Below, piece after piece: positions 26,510-39,848 of a stretch of 64,000 nucleotides of DNA. The stretch's first letter is position 1; each line of letters starts with the position of its first letter. Origin of the DNA: Octopus sinensis (Eukaryota); the NCBI RefSeq assembly GCF_006345805.1, contig NC_042997.1, positions 97,526,001 to 97,590,000 of the forward strand, given 5' to 3'. The notes below the pieces were generated by a model. The model was given only the letters and a program-made list of their open reading frames with translations, searched no databases and was not told where the DNA came from. The translations under genes were made by a program, and so were the position numbers.

Positions 26510-26826
26510 GGGGCTACTTGTAGATAAACGTCGCCCTTTTAAAGCCTAGCCAGGCTCATGGGCCCGGTTTCTCGGTTTCTGTGGCGTATGTGTCCCCCCA
26601 CCCAGCTGGACGGCACGCCAATCCATCGCAGCGTTACTCAAGAAACAGGAAGAGAGAGTGAGAGAAAGTTGTGACGAAAGAGTCATCACCAACCCCCGCC
26701 AAAACCTCGTGGAGCTTTTAGGTGTTTTCGCTCAATATACACACACAACGCCAGGTCAGGGAATCGAAACCACGATCCTCCGATTGCGAGTCTGCTGCCC
26801 TAACCACTGGGTCATTGCGCCTCCGC
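26510..26826 (-). mobile_element. SINE with OK-like head and a different 3' tail
   Basis: Head matches 7335; tail reads gagtaacgctgcgatggattggcgtgccgtccagctgg...gaaaccgggcccatgagcctggctagg. Confidence 0.75.
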
Positions 26827-27334
26827 TTGTAGTTAAAAGCAACATATATCAAAATGGACTTAAAACAGAACTTGGTTTTTATCCTTGACGCAATGTATGA
26901 AATCCGAGTTTTCAGTAGTGACCTTTCGCGAAGATCTTATTAAACGAAGATCTTATTTCATATTCGATTAAACAGACTACAGTTTATTACTGGTACTCAT
27001 TTAACTGACGGGTGAAATGAATAGATTTGCTTATAAACTAGCCTCTGCTCTCTTAGTGATTCTTGATAAACGTAGGCGAATTAAATGTATGATTCACGAT
27101 CGATTACCGTTTACATTTACACAACTCACTTCATTTGCTCCATTGCATTGATATTTCATCAACGCATCTTTGACTTTGATTCAGTCATCAATACTAACTC
27201 AGATTACACATGGGATCTTTCCTTGACCCAATTTTCAATAAATCATTGTAAAAAGCATTTGAAATGATTTTATCATTCATAAAGCCTTGTAAAAGAGACA
27301 ATCATTATTCATAAAATAATCTTAATATACTCTT

Positions 27335-27446
27335 AATATAATATATTAAGGTCGGCTCATAACCTCCACTCACTGAATAAATGGTAATATTTGTTACTAT
27401 TTATTCAGTGGGTGAAGGTTATGAGCCGACCGTAATATGTTATATT
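27335..27446. other. Isolated near-perfect hairpin (about 53-bp stem, 6-nt loop)
   Basis: Direct base-by-base pairing: three G:U pairs and two mismatches on the + strand. Confidence 0.85.
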
Positions 27447-27769
27447 TAGCTCATTGCTATATGACATTTTTGTTCAGCAATTTATCTGAAAGCAGTTCTC
27501 CATTAACAGTAAGTGTTAGATTTTGTTTTGTTTTGTTTTTTACAGTTTCGTCAACATCTGTTCATTTTATTGAATTAATATGTGTAACGTTAAATGTGCA
27601 GTCAGCTTGGTTAAATGTTTTGAAATAAAAGCAGACTTTAATTATATAACGTCTTGTTAAGACCAGTGTTTAGCTCCAGTTTATATAGCATCAAGCCGAC
27701 GAGAGTATCATATTGTCTTGTAAGTAGCTTTTCTTGAGACACATGGAATGCAATTATCTTTTATCTTTT

Positions 27770-29185
27770 TTATCATTTACTTGTTTCAGTCATTAGACTG
27801 CGGCCAGCTGGGGTACTGCCTAAGAATTTTTTGTCGAATGAACTGATCCCAGTACTTTTTTTAAAGACTTGTAGCGTAGCTAGGTGATGTCATCACTGTT
27901 TGAGAGATATATTAGAAATGATCTCGTGTTAGATAGCAACCATCTTCGGATATTTTGACCCTGTTGTGTCCCCTGCTCTGATTGGTTGACAGTGGCACAG
28001 TTTGTCTCTTGACTTATTTCGCGCGAATGTGTAAACCAACCAATCACAACCTTCCGATAAGGTCCCATGACACAGTCTTTTTGGGGTTTCACTGGAGCCC
28101 ACCTCAGGTTATAAAAGGCGCCAGCAAATCACTATTTTTCGTCTTGGGTTCTAGTCCTTCTCAGGACTAATCTCTGACCACTGAGCGACTCAGTTCCTTG
28201 TTCCAGTGACGACCTGACCAGCTTGTTTCAGCGACACAGCCATGTTCCTGCTCCAGTCAACGACGATGCTAACATACACCAGCAACGCAGGACGTTCTCC
28301 ATCTCCGTCGCCTTCATCTCCAGCACCACCAATATGTTCACACCAACTCGCTCAGGTTTAACCTACACGCTGTTGTGATATTCACCGAGTTAACAGCACA
28401 GCACTTCCTGCGAGATCATCTGTACCAATGTAACCTGGCACAGCATTGAAGTCACAACCGCTACACGACATGTGTTCAACCGGCATTCTGCCTTGTGACC
28501 CCTACATCCTGTTACAGAACTACAACTATTGTGTAACCTTATTATGAACTGGTAAATTAACTCCATATTATCTGAAATATCCTGAGAGACTCATTCTATG
28601 CTCTGTATTGTATTCTGTTTTACTCGCATATACCTTTGTTTGTACTTCTGTAGCACACACGAACACAACGGACACACAGACACATGTGCACGCACTCAGA
28701 CACTCCACTTTGCTAGCACTCACATACGTTCTTATTGTACACATCTGTAAATAAAGTCTTTCTTCTCTCAAACAGTATAACGGTTGTGTCGTCTTTCTTA
28801 TTCCTTTTGGCACTCATTCTTTATACCATGTATTTGGCTTCTTTGTTCGGGACGACTGTGTGGTGTTTAAAAGGAGACATTTCTGTCACCAACTCCTTAC
28901 GTACGGTCGTATTATCCCTACAGCCTGATACTTATTCCATCGGTCTCTCTTGCCGAACTGTTAAGTTACGGAGGTGTAAACACACCAACACTGGTTGTCA
29001 AGCGGTGGTGGGTACACACACACGACTGGCTTCTTTTAATTTCCATCTACCAAATCTACCGACAAAGCTTTGGTAGGTCCGAGGCTATAGTGGAAGATAC
29101 TTGCCCAAGGTGCGACGCAGTGGAACTGAACCTGGAACCATGTGGCTGGAAAGCAAGCTTCTTACCACACAGCCACGCCTGTGCA
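27770..29185 (-). mobile_element. CORE-type SINE split by a solo LTR
   Basis: 3' part at 27770-27869 and 5' part at 28923-29185. Confidence 0.8.
27870..28922 (+). mobile_element. Solo LTR (1053 bp), probably Gypsy-type
   Basis: TGTAG...CTACA termini, 4-bp TSD GACT/GCCT, CCAAT boxes, TATAAAAG at about 28110, AATAAA at about 28750. Confidence 0.8.
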
Positions 29186-29299
29186 ACGTTTTTTTCTCTA
29201 TCTCACCTTTCCTGCTTGAATTAAAAGCTACATTTCACCGAATTGATATTGTATCAGTAGAAAGGTAGGTGCCTCGTATCATGATGGTTCTTGTCCCAA

Positions 29300-29412
<113 letters not shown>

Positions 29413-29814
29413 ACCTCTCAGTTTCATTCCACAGAGAGGTACATGCAAACACATTGCAAGTATGTACGCAAACATGTGCTCACATACACAGATGTATACT
29501 CACTATCATTATGGAATTTTTCAAGGCGAAACAAAACTGTTTTCAGGCTTCGGAGAAAGAGATATGTTCGTTTCAAAATTCAAGGGGGCTGTTACGGTTT
29601 TGTTTTAAGAGATGAATCGATCAGATATATAATCGTACCCTTACCGCTATTTCTCTGTTGATTCGGACCAATTTACCAGTCGAAATATTCTTATATAACC
29701 CATGTTATATAACCGGGATCCGGACAAAAGCCCCCTAGGACAAAAGCTCCCTAAGACAAAAGCCCCTTAGACAAAAGCCCCACGGTTATATTTTCGGTAG
29801 TTTTTTCTCTTCAC

Positions 29815-30140
29815 CTTCCACTTGTTTCAGTCATTAGGCTGTGGCCATGCTGGGGCACCGCCCAGAAGAATTCTTAGTTGAACGTATCGACCCCCAGATT
29901 TTTTGGATTTTTTACTTGTTGCAGTTATTAGACAGCGGCCGCCCATGCTGGGGCACCACCTTGAAGAATTTTTAGATGGCTGGATGGAACCAAGAATTTT
30001 TTTAAAGCGTGATCAAAGCCACTTCTGTGATATATTTCGTTTTCTTTTTCTTTTTACTTGTTGCAGTCATTAGACTGCGGCCATGCTGGAGCACGACATT
30101 AAGGAATTTTTAGTCGAGTGTATCGACCCCAGAATTTTTT
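29815..30140 (-). repeat. Three tandem diverged copies of the CORE-type SINE 3' end
   Basis: acttgtt(t/g)cagt(c/t)attag...ccatgctgg at about 29820, 29912 and 30056. Confidence 0.75.
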
Positions 30141-30179
30141 TTAATGATGTTCAATCAGCTCATGAAGTTAAGCCTAGGT

Positions 30180-31554
30180 TTCTCTACATGCCAGAAATAC
30201 CAGCCAAATCTCACAAAATTTTCTTTTTATAATTTCACGTAAGCAAAAACGGAAATCGCGGTAGTAAAAAAAATCATTGGCAAGACTTCCGTCCCCCCGC
30301 CCCCAAACCACCCTTTAAAAAATTTTTTTCGACCCCCCTACCCCCCTTTTCGGCTACGGGGAATATGAATCAGCAAAAAAAAATTTGGCAAAAATCAACA
30401 TTTCTAAATTACCACCCCCACTTCCATTTCTTTCATTTTTAACTTTTTTCACAATTTTTTTTCAAAATATGCAGAAAAATACGGAGATTATGATTCTGAA
30501 AAAAATTCCAAAAATCTTTGTAAAATTTTCTTTTTAAGAATTTTTTTTCTAAATATGCGGAAAAATACGGACATCATGATTCGGACAAAAATTTCAAAAC
30601 ATTTCTGTACTTACAGTTACGGTTTTAGGGTTAGGGTTAGGGTTAGGGATTTATGGTTAGGGTTAAAGTTTTATGGTTAGGGTTAAGGGTTAGGGTTAGG
30701 GTTTTAGGGTTAGTATTGGGGAAAAAAGTAAAAATTGAAGAAGTTGGGGGAGAATTTTGGCAATGCTGATTTTTGGCAACTTTCCGGAAGCTCCGTATCC
30801 GAAAACGGGGATTTTTAGCAGAAAAAAAAAATTACAAAAATAAACAAATTTAGGAGAAAATTGGGGAGGGGGGGAGTCTTTCCAAATTATTTTCCAAAAT
30901 TCCAGTTTTTATGTAAACAAAATATATTCAATCGAAAAACGGTGTCAAATCATCTGTGTTCCTCACAATGGTATGCTCCATGTGTTTCAATTATTTTCCT
31001 CGTTTTTAGAATAATTTTGAAGTTTGAAAATGAAAATAGGGTTAGGGTTAATGTTAGGGTTAGGTGTGGGGGGAAGGGTATCTTTTTTTTCTTCAGAAAT
31101 GTAAATAAACCCAATCTGTTTCTTAAACGAATATATAATATGTAATGTGTGTATCTGTGCAACAGAGAGGGAAATTAAAACTGCATACGTTGTGAACTTA
31201 GAATATGTGTTTATTGATAAAAAAATTAATAACGATAATCTTTTATTCAAACGAACGTAACTGATACGAAATATGTCATAAATAACAGTGACGAATTGAT
31301 ATGACACCGCCAGAAAATGTTGTTGATAAAGAACCGGAGAAATTGTATTCACCTCAATAGACGTCATTGATTGGTTGAAATTGCCGAAATGATAGAAATT
31401 AAACAACAAATAGCTTACAAACTACAGAATTTTCTCAAGAAAGCCAAGAGAAAAAGATGTTTTATGTAACACATTCTACCAGTATACGAAGTTTAAAAGT
31501 GTTTAGTTTCAAAGAAATTATTTTAAAAATCTGCCGGTCAAAGCGAAAAGATCC
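30180..31554. mobile_element. Nested MITE-like DNA elements with (TTAGGG)-like arrays; right end is a Merlin-like TIR
   Basis: TTAGGG arrays at 30625-30712 and 31038-31065; 31060-31554 aligns with 37800-38113. Confidence 0.6.
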
Positions 31555-31664
31555 GTTCCATCTAATGTAACTCCGTTCAGAAGGTTGTGTTGTTGTGGCA
31601 GGAACCCGATAAAGAATGTATAAAACACAAGGTGGTAACTTTGACACGTTTATTGTGGTCACAC

Positions 31665-31731
<67 letters not shown>

Positions 31732-31759
31732 AGCTACATGGAAGGTTGATGTACATTTA

Positions 31760-32226
31760 TATATATATCTCCAGGCATCTGCCTAGGTTGTATGTAAGCT
31801 GTTAACCCTGGTGAGAAGCTCACGAACATCGATGTAGGAACCAGAGCAGTGTGTTGGTGCTGTGTAGACATTGACGACATTGGTGAGAGACATCAGTGGT
31901 GGCGACGAAGATGGAGGTGGCCGCAACGTGATCAGTGATTAGAACTTAGACAGTCTAGGACCAACTGACGTCGAGCCTAGGAAGAGGTAAGCTTTTATAG
32001 CTAACGGGATGGCTCAAATGCTTGTTTGGAACATGACTTATCTGCAGGTTGTGATTGGTTGGGTTGCATATTTGCGCGCGATAGAGTATGAGACGAATTG
32101 CGCCAATATCAACCAATTGGAGTGGTGGACACAATGGGGTCCAAAACAGAGCCCAAAGGCTAACTGTTACCTGCTACGTTCGTATGTACTTAATAAAAGA
32201 GGGGTAGTTCACTAGGGTTCGCTACA
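31760..32226 (-). mobile_element. Partial LTR related to 27870-28922
   Basis: Starts TGTAGCG; shares ATTGGTTGA, CAACCAATCACAACCT and TATAAAAG in the same order. Confidence 0.65.
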
Positions 32227-32284
32227 CACTTAACTAAATCATGTATATATATAAATAAATAATAAATAAATAAATAATAAATAA

Positions 32285-32349
<65 letters not shown>

Positions 32350-32365
<16 letters not shown>

Positions 32366-33558
32366 GTACCCATTAAGATGTTATATCTGATTCGGCAATG
32401 ATTTTACTTGGTTAACGCTTTCGACATACTCCTACATACTGGACCGGTCTGAAATCGCAGTCAAACTTTTGGGTGTACCTCGACCCGTTGAGAGTGATGC
32501 TTGTTTATTTCTCTCCCCTTAATGCCACCCTCTGTACAAAATTGATCAGCGTGTCAACTCGCAGCAAAATCCGAAGAAAAGTATTAAGGTTATGTCATAA
32601 AATAGAATCCATGTGACCATTTACATGAAAATATGCCATTGACTTCCAATACATTATATGAATAATCGATATTTCATATGTCGAAGTTCTTAATTTTATT
32701 CATGGGTCAATTTTCTTCAAAATAGTTCATTATTTAATTATGAGTGAATTTTGACGATTTCTGCCTTTCACCAGTTTAATCTTAATCCTACTACACGACT
32801 CTGACCATAAACTTCACCTAAATGTCAAATTTCATGAAAATCGGATGAATTCTGTAAAAGTTATAGCATAAAATATTAATCCTATGCATAATTGCATACA
32901 AAAAGCCTATTGATTTCTTAATCCCACCCCCACTCACGCACAATTATCGATTTTTTGTCAACTCTTCATGCTGGTATCAACTAATGGGCACAAACTGTAA
33001 TGACGTGTAAAATTTCTACAAAATCGGTAAGAATGTCTATAAGGAAATACTTTTATGCATTTGTGCCCTTTTCAAGCCCTTTTGAATTAAATAAAAAGCC
33101 TTTACCGTCTCCCTCTCAAATTTCATTAAAATCGGATAAAAAATATAAAAGTTACGACCAAAAATAAAATCCATATGGGTATTTGCACGCACAAGGCCTA
33201 TTGATTTTATAAAACCACTGCTCAGGCGCAATTATCGACTTTTTTTGTCAATGCCATATATATTGACATCAACTGTCATAAGACTCGTTCACTCATCGAT
33301 TTTCATCAAAATCGGACAAAAAATGCAAAAGCTGCAAGAAAAATAACATCGTTATGGGGATTTCCATTCAAACGCCCGATGTAGCTCACAAAATCGATGC
33401 CAGCTAAGCATTATCAAGTTTTCGAAAAATTCCGGCTTTATTTGTACTTCAGGGCATAGGATCTACTTATGTACCAAAAATCATTAAAATCGGTTGGACG
33501 GTGTGGGAGGAGTTAGAGTAACCCCAAACACACAGACATTTATGTACACACACACACA

Positions 33559-33648
<90 letters not shown>

Positions 33649-33650
33649 GG
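32350..33650 (-). mobile_element. Non-autonomous Helitron/Helentron-like (HINE/DINE-type) element with internal repeats about 290 bp apart
   Basis: Recurrent TTTCAT.AAAATCGG motifs; terminal GGAGGAGTTAG...ACACACAGACA...(TA)n block. Confidence 0.5.
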
Positions 33651-33766
33651 TAGCATACTGATATTCATGCTTATAGTATACAAAGTGGGCTTAACTCTTT
33701 TATCTACTTTTTTTTAACCAACAGGCTATTCAAATTGCCTATGTTGGTAGAGTTTCTCTTCCTATA

Positions 33767-34872
33767 TATAAAGGTCTTACCTAACATAATCTGTATCACA
33801 AGAAATGTACTTGCTCTATCGTTGACTCAGTGACACGAATCCTCTTTCAAAGAATTTATGGTTTACCCACTTCTTCACAGGCACTTTTACCTAATCTGTT
33901 TCATCAAATCGTTGTCCCCCGAAGATTGACTTCTAACAGGCAGGAGACGAAGGGTACCAAATCTAGGCTGTACAGTGGGTGGGGGAACCACCGGCCAGCT
34001 CAGCTTGCCGATTGCCTGATTTCTTGCCAAAGATATGAGTGGTCCATTTTTGCTATGGTGAATGTGGATACTTTTCAGATTCTTGTTCGATCTCTTTGTC
34101 CTAATGGCTTCTCTAAACCTTTTGAGTTTCAATGTACCGCTTGCTGTTTATGGTACAATCGCGTTTCAGAAAACAATCCCGAAAAAGTCATCATGATTGT
34201 CTGTACCGATCGCTGGCTCTTGAACTTCTTCGGCTTTGGAAAAGAGCTTCGGGACCATTCATATACTGAGCCTTCGTTTCTGAACCATAAAGATACGGTC
34301 ATGTTTCAGCCCTCTCACCAGATCTCTGGCTTTATCAAGGCAGACTTCTATCCTTCAAATCAAGTGTCAACCGCCGAGGTATGAGGTATACACTTTTCAT
34401 ACACTTTCCTTTACACAAAGTATTCCGCAATCTACTGTAGTGCATTCTGACTACAGTTCCCTTGTGCAGCAAGCTCACGGACTGTGGCTCATCATTCTTC
34501 ACAAATCAATTCATCCACTCGCTGGTGATTTGTGTCAGTAGTCGCATTTAAATGTTTCTTACTGCGATGTTTGTCATTAATGCTGGTTTCCCTTCATCTA
34601 TCTCTGTACATTACTCTTGTCAGTTATGTCATCTCTATGATCAACTTGTAGACTTCTGTAAATGTTAGCGAGCCTATATCCCTCCTTCGTCAAGAACTCA
34701 CTGACAGTACACTGCTTCGGCTTGAACCTCATTATTTGTTTGCAACAAAGAAGAACGGGAAGAAGAGTCACTATAGAAGAAGAGTTACTCTACAAACGTG
34801 CAATTTGAATGACTTATGTCATTTAATAAAAATGTTATGACCACTTTTGTATTACTTTTGAGACAACCCTCA
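33767..34872 (-). mobile_element. Decayed mariner transposon
   Basis: Motifs SEFLTKEG, TVRELAAQ, FPKPKKFKSQ and HPLYSLDLVP; terminus TATGAGGGTTGTCTCAAAAGTAAT; other TIR degenerate. Confidence 0.85.
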
Positions 34873-35659
34873 TATGTGACCTTTTCGTACTTTTACGGCT
34901 GCGAATACACCAATAAAACTACTTGTTGACAAAATCTGCAATTTCTAAATTTAGGAAAACAACATCAATATATAAAGTTATATATTCAGTAAATTATTTA
35001 CAATCTTTGGTTCAGAAAAGTCGGTCTGTTTTTCTTTTATCGATATTCTGCTATCTTTAATTTCTCTGTATAATTCTAGCTAGCTAGTATTACTTGGATA
35101 GCAATTTTACGTCTTCTGAATCTCCATAAATATTATTTTGCATATCTGGTTGAAATCCAAACCGTAAGCAAGAAAATATTTTGGCTATTTTTATAATCAC
35201 GCAATCAATATATCATTCGTAATGCGACAAACTTCCTGTCCAGCAATATAGCATCTGTTGCATCTTCAACCTGCATTTATTTATAACATATTTGTTCTTT
35301 CAATAGTTAATACACATGTTTCACATTAATTCTCCCCCACTTTAAGGGCTTCTTGAGAAAACTATTCATGTGAAGCTATCAATTTCTTTTTCAAAGAATT
35401 AATATCAGCAGTTATTTTTAAAAAATTCGTTTATGTGTCTCCAAGACGTTTCTGTATTCGACTGATAAATGATAAAAGGTTTTTCCAAACGCGCATGAAA
35501 ATGAAATGTAAGCAAACGTTGCAGAACCTTATAAGCTCTACTTTTTGTTTCAGTCGTGTTGCCATTCCCACTTAACTGCTCGAACAATTCTAACAATTAT
35601 TAATCCAGTTTTCATGTATAACATTTATTACCCTTTCTTTTGTATTCCACCGTCTTTCT

Positions 35660-36062
35660 TAGTTTTACTTTTACTTGTTTCAGTCATTTGACTGCGGCCA
35701 TGCTGGAGCACCGCCTTTAATCGAGCAAATCGCCCCCAGGACTTATTCTTTGAAAGCCTAGTACTTATTCTATCGATCTCTTTTGCCGGGGACGTAAACA
35801 CACCAGCGTCGGTTGTCAAGCGATGCTAGGGGGACAAACACAGACACACGCACACACACACACACACGCACACACACATACATATATATATATATACATA
35901 TATACGACGGGCTTCTTTCAGTTTCCGTCTACCAAATCCACTCACAAGGCTTTGGTCGGCCTGAGGCTATAGTAGAATACATTTGCCCAAGGTGCCACGC
36001 AGTGGGACTGAACCCAGAACCATGTGGTTGGTAAGCAAGCTATTTACCACACAGCCACTCCA
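35660..36062 (-). mobile_element. CORE-type SINE
   Basis: Family match. Confidence 0.85.
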
Positions 36063-36129
36063 CTTGTTCACACTTAACAGAGATCTTAAGCTCCTGCTGT
36101 AATTTTTCCCATCAAGTTGTCAGATGAAT

Positions 36130-36432
36130 AACTGGCACTCCGTCGGTTACTATGACGATGACGGTTCCAGTTGATCCGATCAACGGAAAAGCCTGCTCGT
36201 GAAATTTATGAGAAGTGACTGAACACTTCACAAACACGCATACTCTTAATGTAAGTCCTCAGAGAGATCCAGCGTGACACAGGGTGTGACAAGGCTGATC
36301 TTTTGAAATATAGATACTACTCATTTCTGCCAGCTGAGTGAACTGGAGTAATGTGAAATAAAGTGTCTTGCTCAAGGACACAACGCGCCGCCGGGAATCG
36401 AACTTACGATCGTGACTCGAATACCCTAACCA
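36130..36432 (-). mobile_element. Second CORE-type SINE carrying the OK-like tail
   Basis: Minus strand CCTTGAGCAAGACACTTTATTTCAC centre; tail GAGCAGGCTTTTCCGTTGATCGGATCAACTGGAACC. Confidence 0.7.
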
Positions 36433-36699
36433 CTAAGCCACGCACCTTCACTGTCGGATGAATATACAAATAATAAATGGTTTTAGCTATACTTTTTGTT
36501 TAAAAAAGCTAATAGCTTGTTTGCAAATTTATAGGAAGAAGAAATATTCAATTTAAATATGGCCGTCACAGTTTATAAACACTACTTTTGAATTTGTCGA
36601 GAATTCTGCTGAACGCCTGACAGATAACCTGACATAACAACAGGATCGAAACATGATGACTCAATAAAATTTTATTTGCCTCTGATTTTGTGCTTATTG

Positions 36700-37270
36700 T
36701 CTTCTCAATATTCGCAGTGTCCATTCTGCCGAGGTCAACCTTGCATTTCATCATTTTGGGGTCGATAAAACAGGTCCCAGTTGAGAGCTGGGATCGATGT
36801 AATAGACTTATCTCCGCCCCCGAAATTGCTGGCCTTGTGCCACAACTTGAAACCAATATCTGCGGTATATAAGGCGGAGAGCCGGTAGAATCGTTAGCAC
36901 CCGGGCGAAATGCTTAGAGGTATTTCGTCTGCTGTTGCGTTCTGAGTTCAAATTCCGCCGAGGTCGACTTTGCCTTTCATCCTTTCGGGGTCGATTAAAT
37001 AAGTACCAGTTACGCACTGGGGTAGACATAATCGACTTAATCCGTTTGTCTGTCCTTGTTTGTCCTCTCTGTGTTTAGCCCTTTGTGGGTAGTAAAGAAA
37101 TAGGTATTTCGTCCATCTTCATGTTCTGAATTCAAATTCCGCTGAGATCGACTTTGCTGTTCATCCTTTCGAGGTCGATAAAATAAGTACCAGCTGAGCT
37201 GTGGGGGCGATATAATCGACTTGCCCCTTTCCCCAAATTGCTGGCCTTTTGCCAAAATTTGAAACCAATT
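36700..37270. mobile_element. Cluster of Meta-like SINEs including a chimeric dimer
   Basis: Full copy from about 36870 joins a variant-tail body at GAAATAG|GTATTTCG (37103/37104). Confidence 0.8.
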
Positions 37271-37659
37271 TTTGCAGTATCGTTTTTCTTTTACATTCAA
37301 TAAGTTACCAAATAACTCTTTGACTTTTCTTTTCTAGAAGTTATTGTCAACTAAATGAATCACTCGGGCCAATTGTGTCGATGGCCTAAATCAGATGGGG
37401 GATAAAATATATTACCATAATTTTTTTTTCTATGACTTGCTGACAAACAATAATTTCGCAAATGCGAAGCGGTAATATTGATAAGCTTATTTTGGATTTC
37501 AAAATAAACTAAGATATTAATTTTTTTTTTTACATGCTCTTTCACAACTGGATCATATTTTGCTTATAACTGCAAACGGCACAGAAAATTTCCAGGGTTT
37601 TCATTTCAAGTTATATACTCAGTATTATCGCAAAATACAAGACTATGCGTAGCTAAATA

Positions 37660-38113
37660 GGAGCTTTTCTGTTTGAACGGCAGTTTTTTCTAGCGGTGTC
37701 ATATGAAATTGTCACCTATAATTATGACCCTAGTATCGATCTATTGCATTTCAATCTGTTTTAGGGTTAGGGTTAGTTAGGGTTAGGGTTATGGTTAGTG
37801 TTAGGGTTAGGGTTAGGGGTGGAGGGAAGGGTATCTTTTTTCTTCAGAAATGTAAATAAACCCAATCTGTTTCTTAAACGAGGGACATATTCATACAGCA
37901 CAGAATGTTTTCACCTCAATAGACGTCATTGATTGGTTGAAATTGCAGAAATTGAAGAAAAATAAACAAATATCTTACAAACCATGGAATTTTTTCAATG
38001 AAGCCAAGAGAAAAAGATGTTTTATAAAAACATTCTACCAGTATACGAAGTTTAAAAGTGTTTAGTTACGTGGAAGTTATTTTTAAAAACTGCCGTTCAA
38101 ACCGAAAAGATCC
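37660..38113. mobile_element. Merlin-like MITE (454 bp) with (TTAGGG)n
   Basis: TIR GGA(G/T)CTTTTC..TTTGAACGGCAGTTTTT; perfect 8-bp TSD GCTAAATA. Confidence 0.85.
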
Positions 38114-39443
38114 GCTAAATATTGTGTAAAACCCAGCAACCATCGCAGTACATCTCTCCTTTTATTGTTCTTCTGTTGAATTTGACTTTTCAGCCTGCTC
38201 TTCGTCAATACCACTTTGAAGACAGTTTCAGCGCTTAATTTTTTTGTTTTCAAGTAGAATATGACTCACAATTACTATCGCTATTTCAATGGGCATATAA
38301 CATTTCAATGTTTTTCCTTTTCGTTTTTCCATTTAATGAGTCCATCCCCTTGTTTTGACAGCAGACTAACAATCGGATGCCATATGCGTTGATGGTAAAG
38401 AAGACAACATAAACAGTATACTGCGTTATGCAGAAAGGAATACACTAAACAGAAGAGATTGGCCTCTCGTCTATTCAGAATGCGTCATTTGAACCAAAAT
38501 GCGGTCGTAGAACTCTGTCATCGGCATCAAAATGACTGTTTTTTAATTGAAACCAGTCTGTTCCAAATTTAACAATTTGTGTGATGTCCAGTGTTACAAC
38601 TGTTCGGCTGTTGTACCAAATTTAACAATTTGTGTGATATGTATGTGTTACAACCGTTCGGCTGTTGTATCAAATTTCATCAAGTCAATATTAATAAAAT
38701 ATTTATTAGGTTATCCTCTTAAGCATCACAATCCTGTAGATTTGTTTGTGGCGCAGTGCAATCCGATTGTTTATTATTGTTGTAGTTTTCGACAGAACTG
38801 AGAACAGTTCAGTCATTGTTTTCGTTTTCAAAGGATGTAGAGTGTTCATGATTTTGCACTTTGACCACGGTGCTTCCTTCAAAAGGAACAGATGCTAGCT
38901 TATTGGAGCCATCACTTTCACCTCTCGTGAAATTGTTCTATTCAACCTTCGAATCTATAAATTATAGTCGTTATTTTTTATATTTAATTTTTTTTTTACC
39001 CCATATTTGTGTTCCGCTTTCTTTATTTCACATAATGAAATAAAAAATTAATTAATACATTGAGACTACGCAGTTTAGTCTTAAAGCAGGCAAACTGTTT
39101 ATTTCAAATCAAACAAACTTTCGTATTTGGTTCAATAGGCCATGATGTCGAAAGAGATCATAATGCATATTTTTAATAAAGATATCTGGAAAACAAAAGC
39201 ACGCATCTCTGAAAGTCTTTCGAATTCGGTCATACATCAGAATATTTTATTTTATTTTTATACATGTTTCTTAGATAAAGCAATTCAACGAATCCCTATA
39301 TCCAGTATAAAACCCCATGTTCCTGATTGCCTCAGTAAAATATCCATTTATTCTTGTTCTACACGGGTCGTCATAATTTCGGTCGGGTGAAAAATTCGAT
39401 CGAGACATAATTTTGATCTATTTTATTAAATTTTGTTAAACAT

Positions 39444-39848
39444 AGGTGAAGGAGTGGCTGTGTGGTAAGTAGCTTGCTTACCAACCACATGGTTCCGGGT
39501 TCAGTCCCACTGCGTGGCACCTTGGGCAAGTGTCTTCTACTATAGCCTCGGGCAGACCAACACCTTGGGAGTGGATTTGGTAGACGGAAACTGAAAGAAG
39601 CCCGTAGTATACATATATATATATATATGTGTGTGTGTGTTTGTGTGTATGTTTGTCCCCCCAACATTGCTTGACAACCGATGCTGGTGTGTTTACGTCC
39701 CCGTAACCTAGCGGTTCGGCAAAAGAGACCGATAGGATAAGTACTAGGCTTACAAAGAATAAGTCCTGGGGTCGATTTGCTCGACTAAAAGGCGGTGCTC
39801 CAGCATGGCCACTGTCAAATGACTGAAACAAGTAAAAGAGTAAAAGAA
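39444..39848 (+). mobile_element. Full-length CORE-type SINE
   Basis: Family consensus. Confidence 0.9.

Larger units (their letters stand above)
34878..38560 (-). pseudogene. hAT (Tip100/ZMYM1-like) transposase pseudogene fragmented by later insertions
   Basis: LVYS...AVYCLCC (about 38430), NPGNFL..AKYDPVVKEH..IQNKLI (about 37550), TKSEANK (about 36680), C-terminal FAAVKVRK (about 34900). Confidence 0.8.

Noticed and set aside
30625-30712. True telomere or chromosome fusion site
   Set aside because: Short, degenerate and embedded in MITE-like sequence that recurs in the window.
33830-34384. 184-aa plus-strand ORF
   Set aside because: It is the antisense shadow of the mariner transposase remnant.
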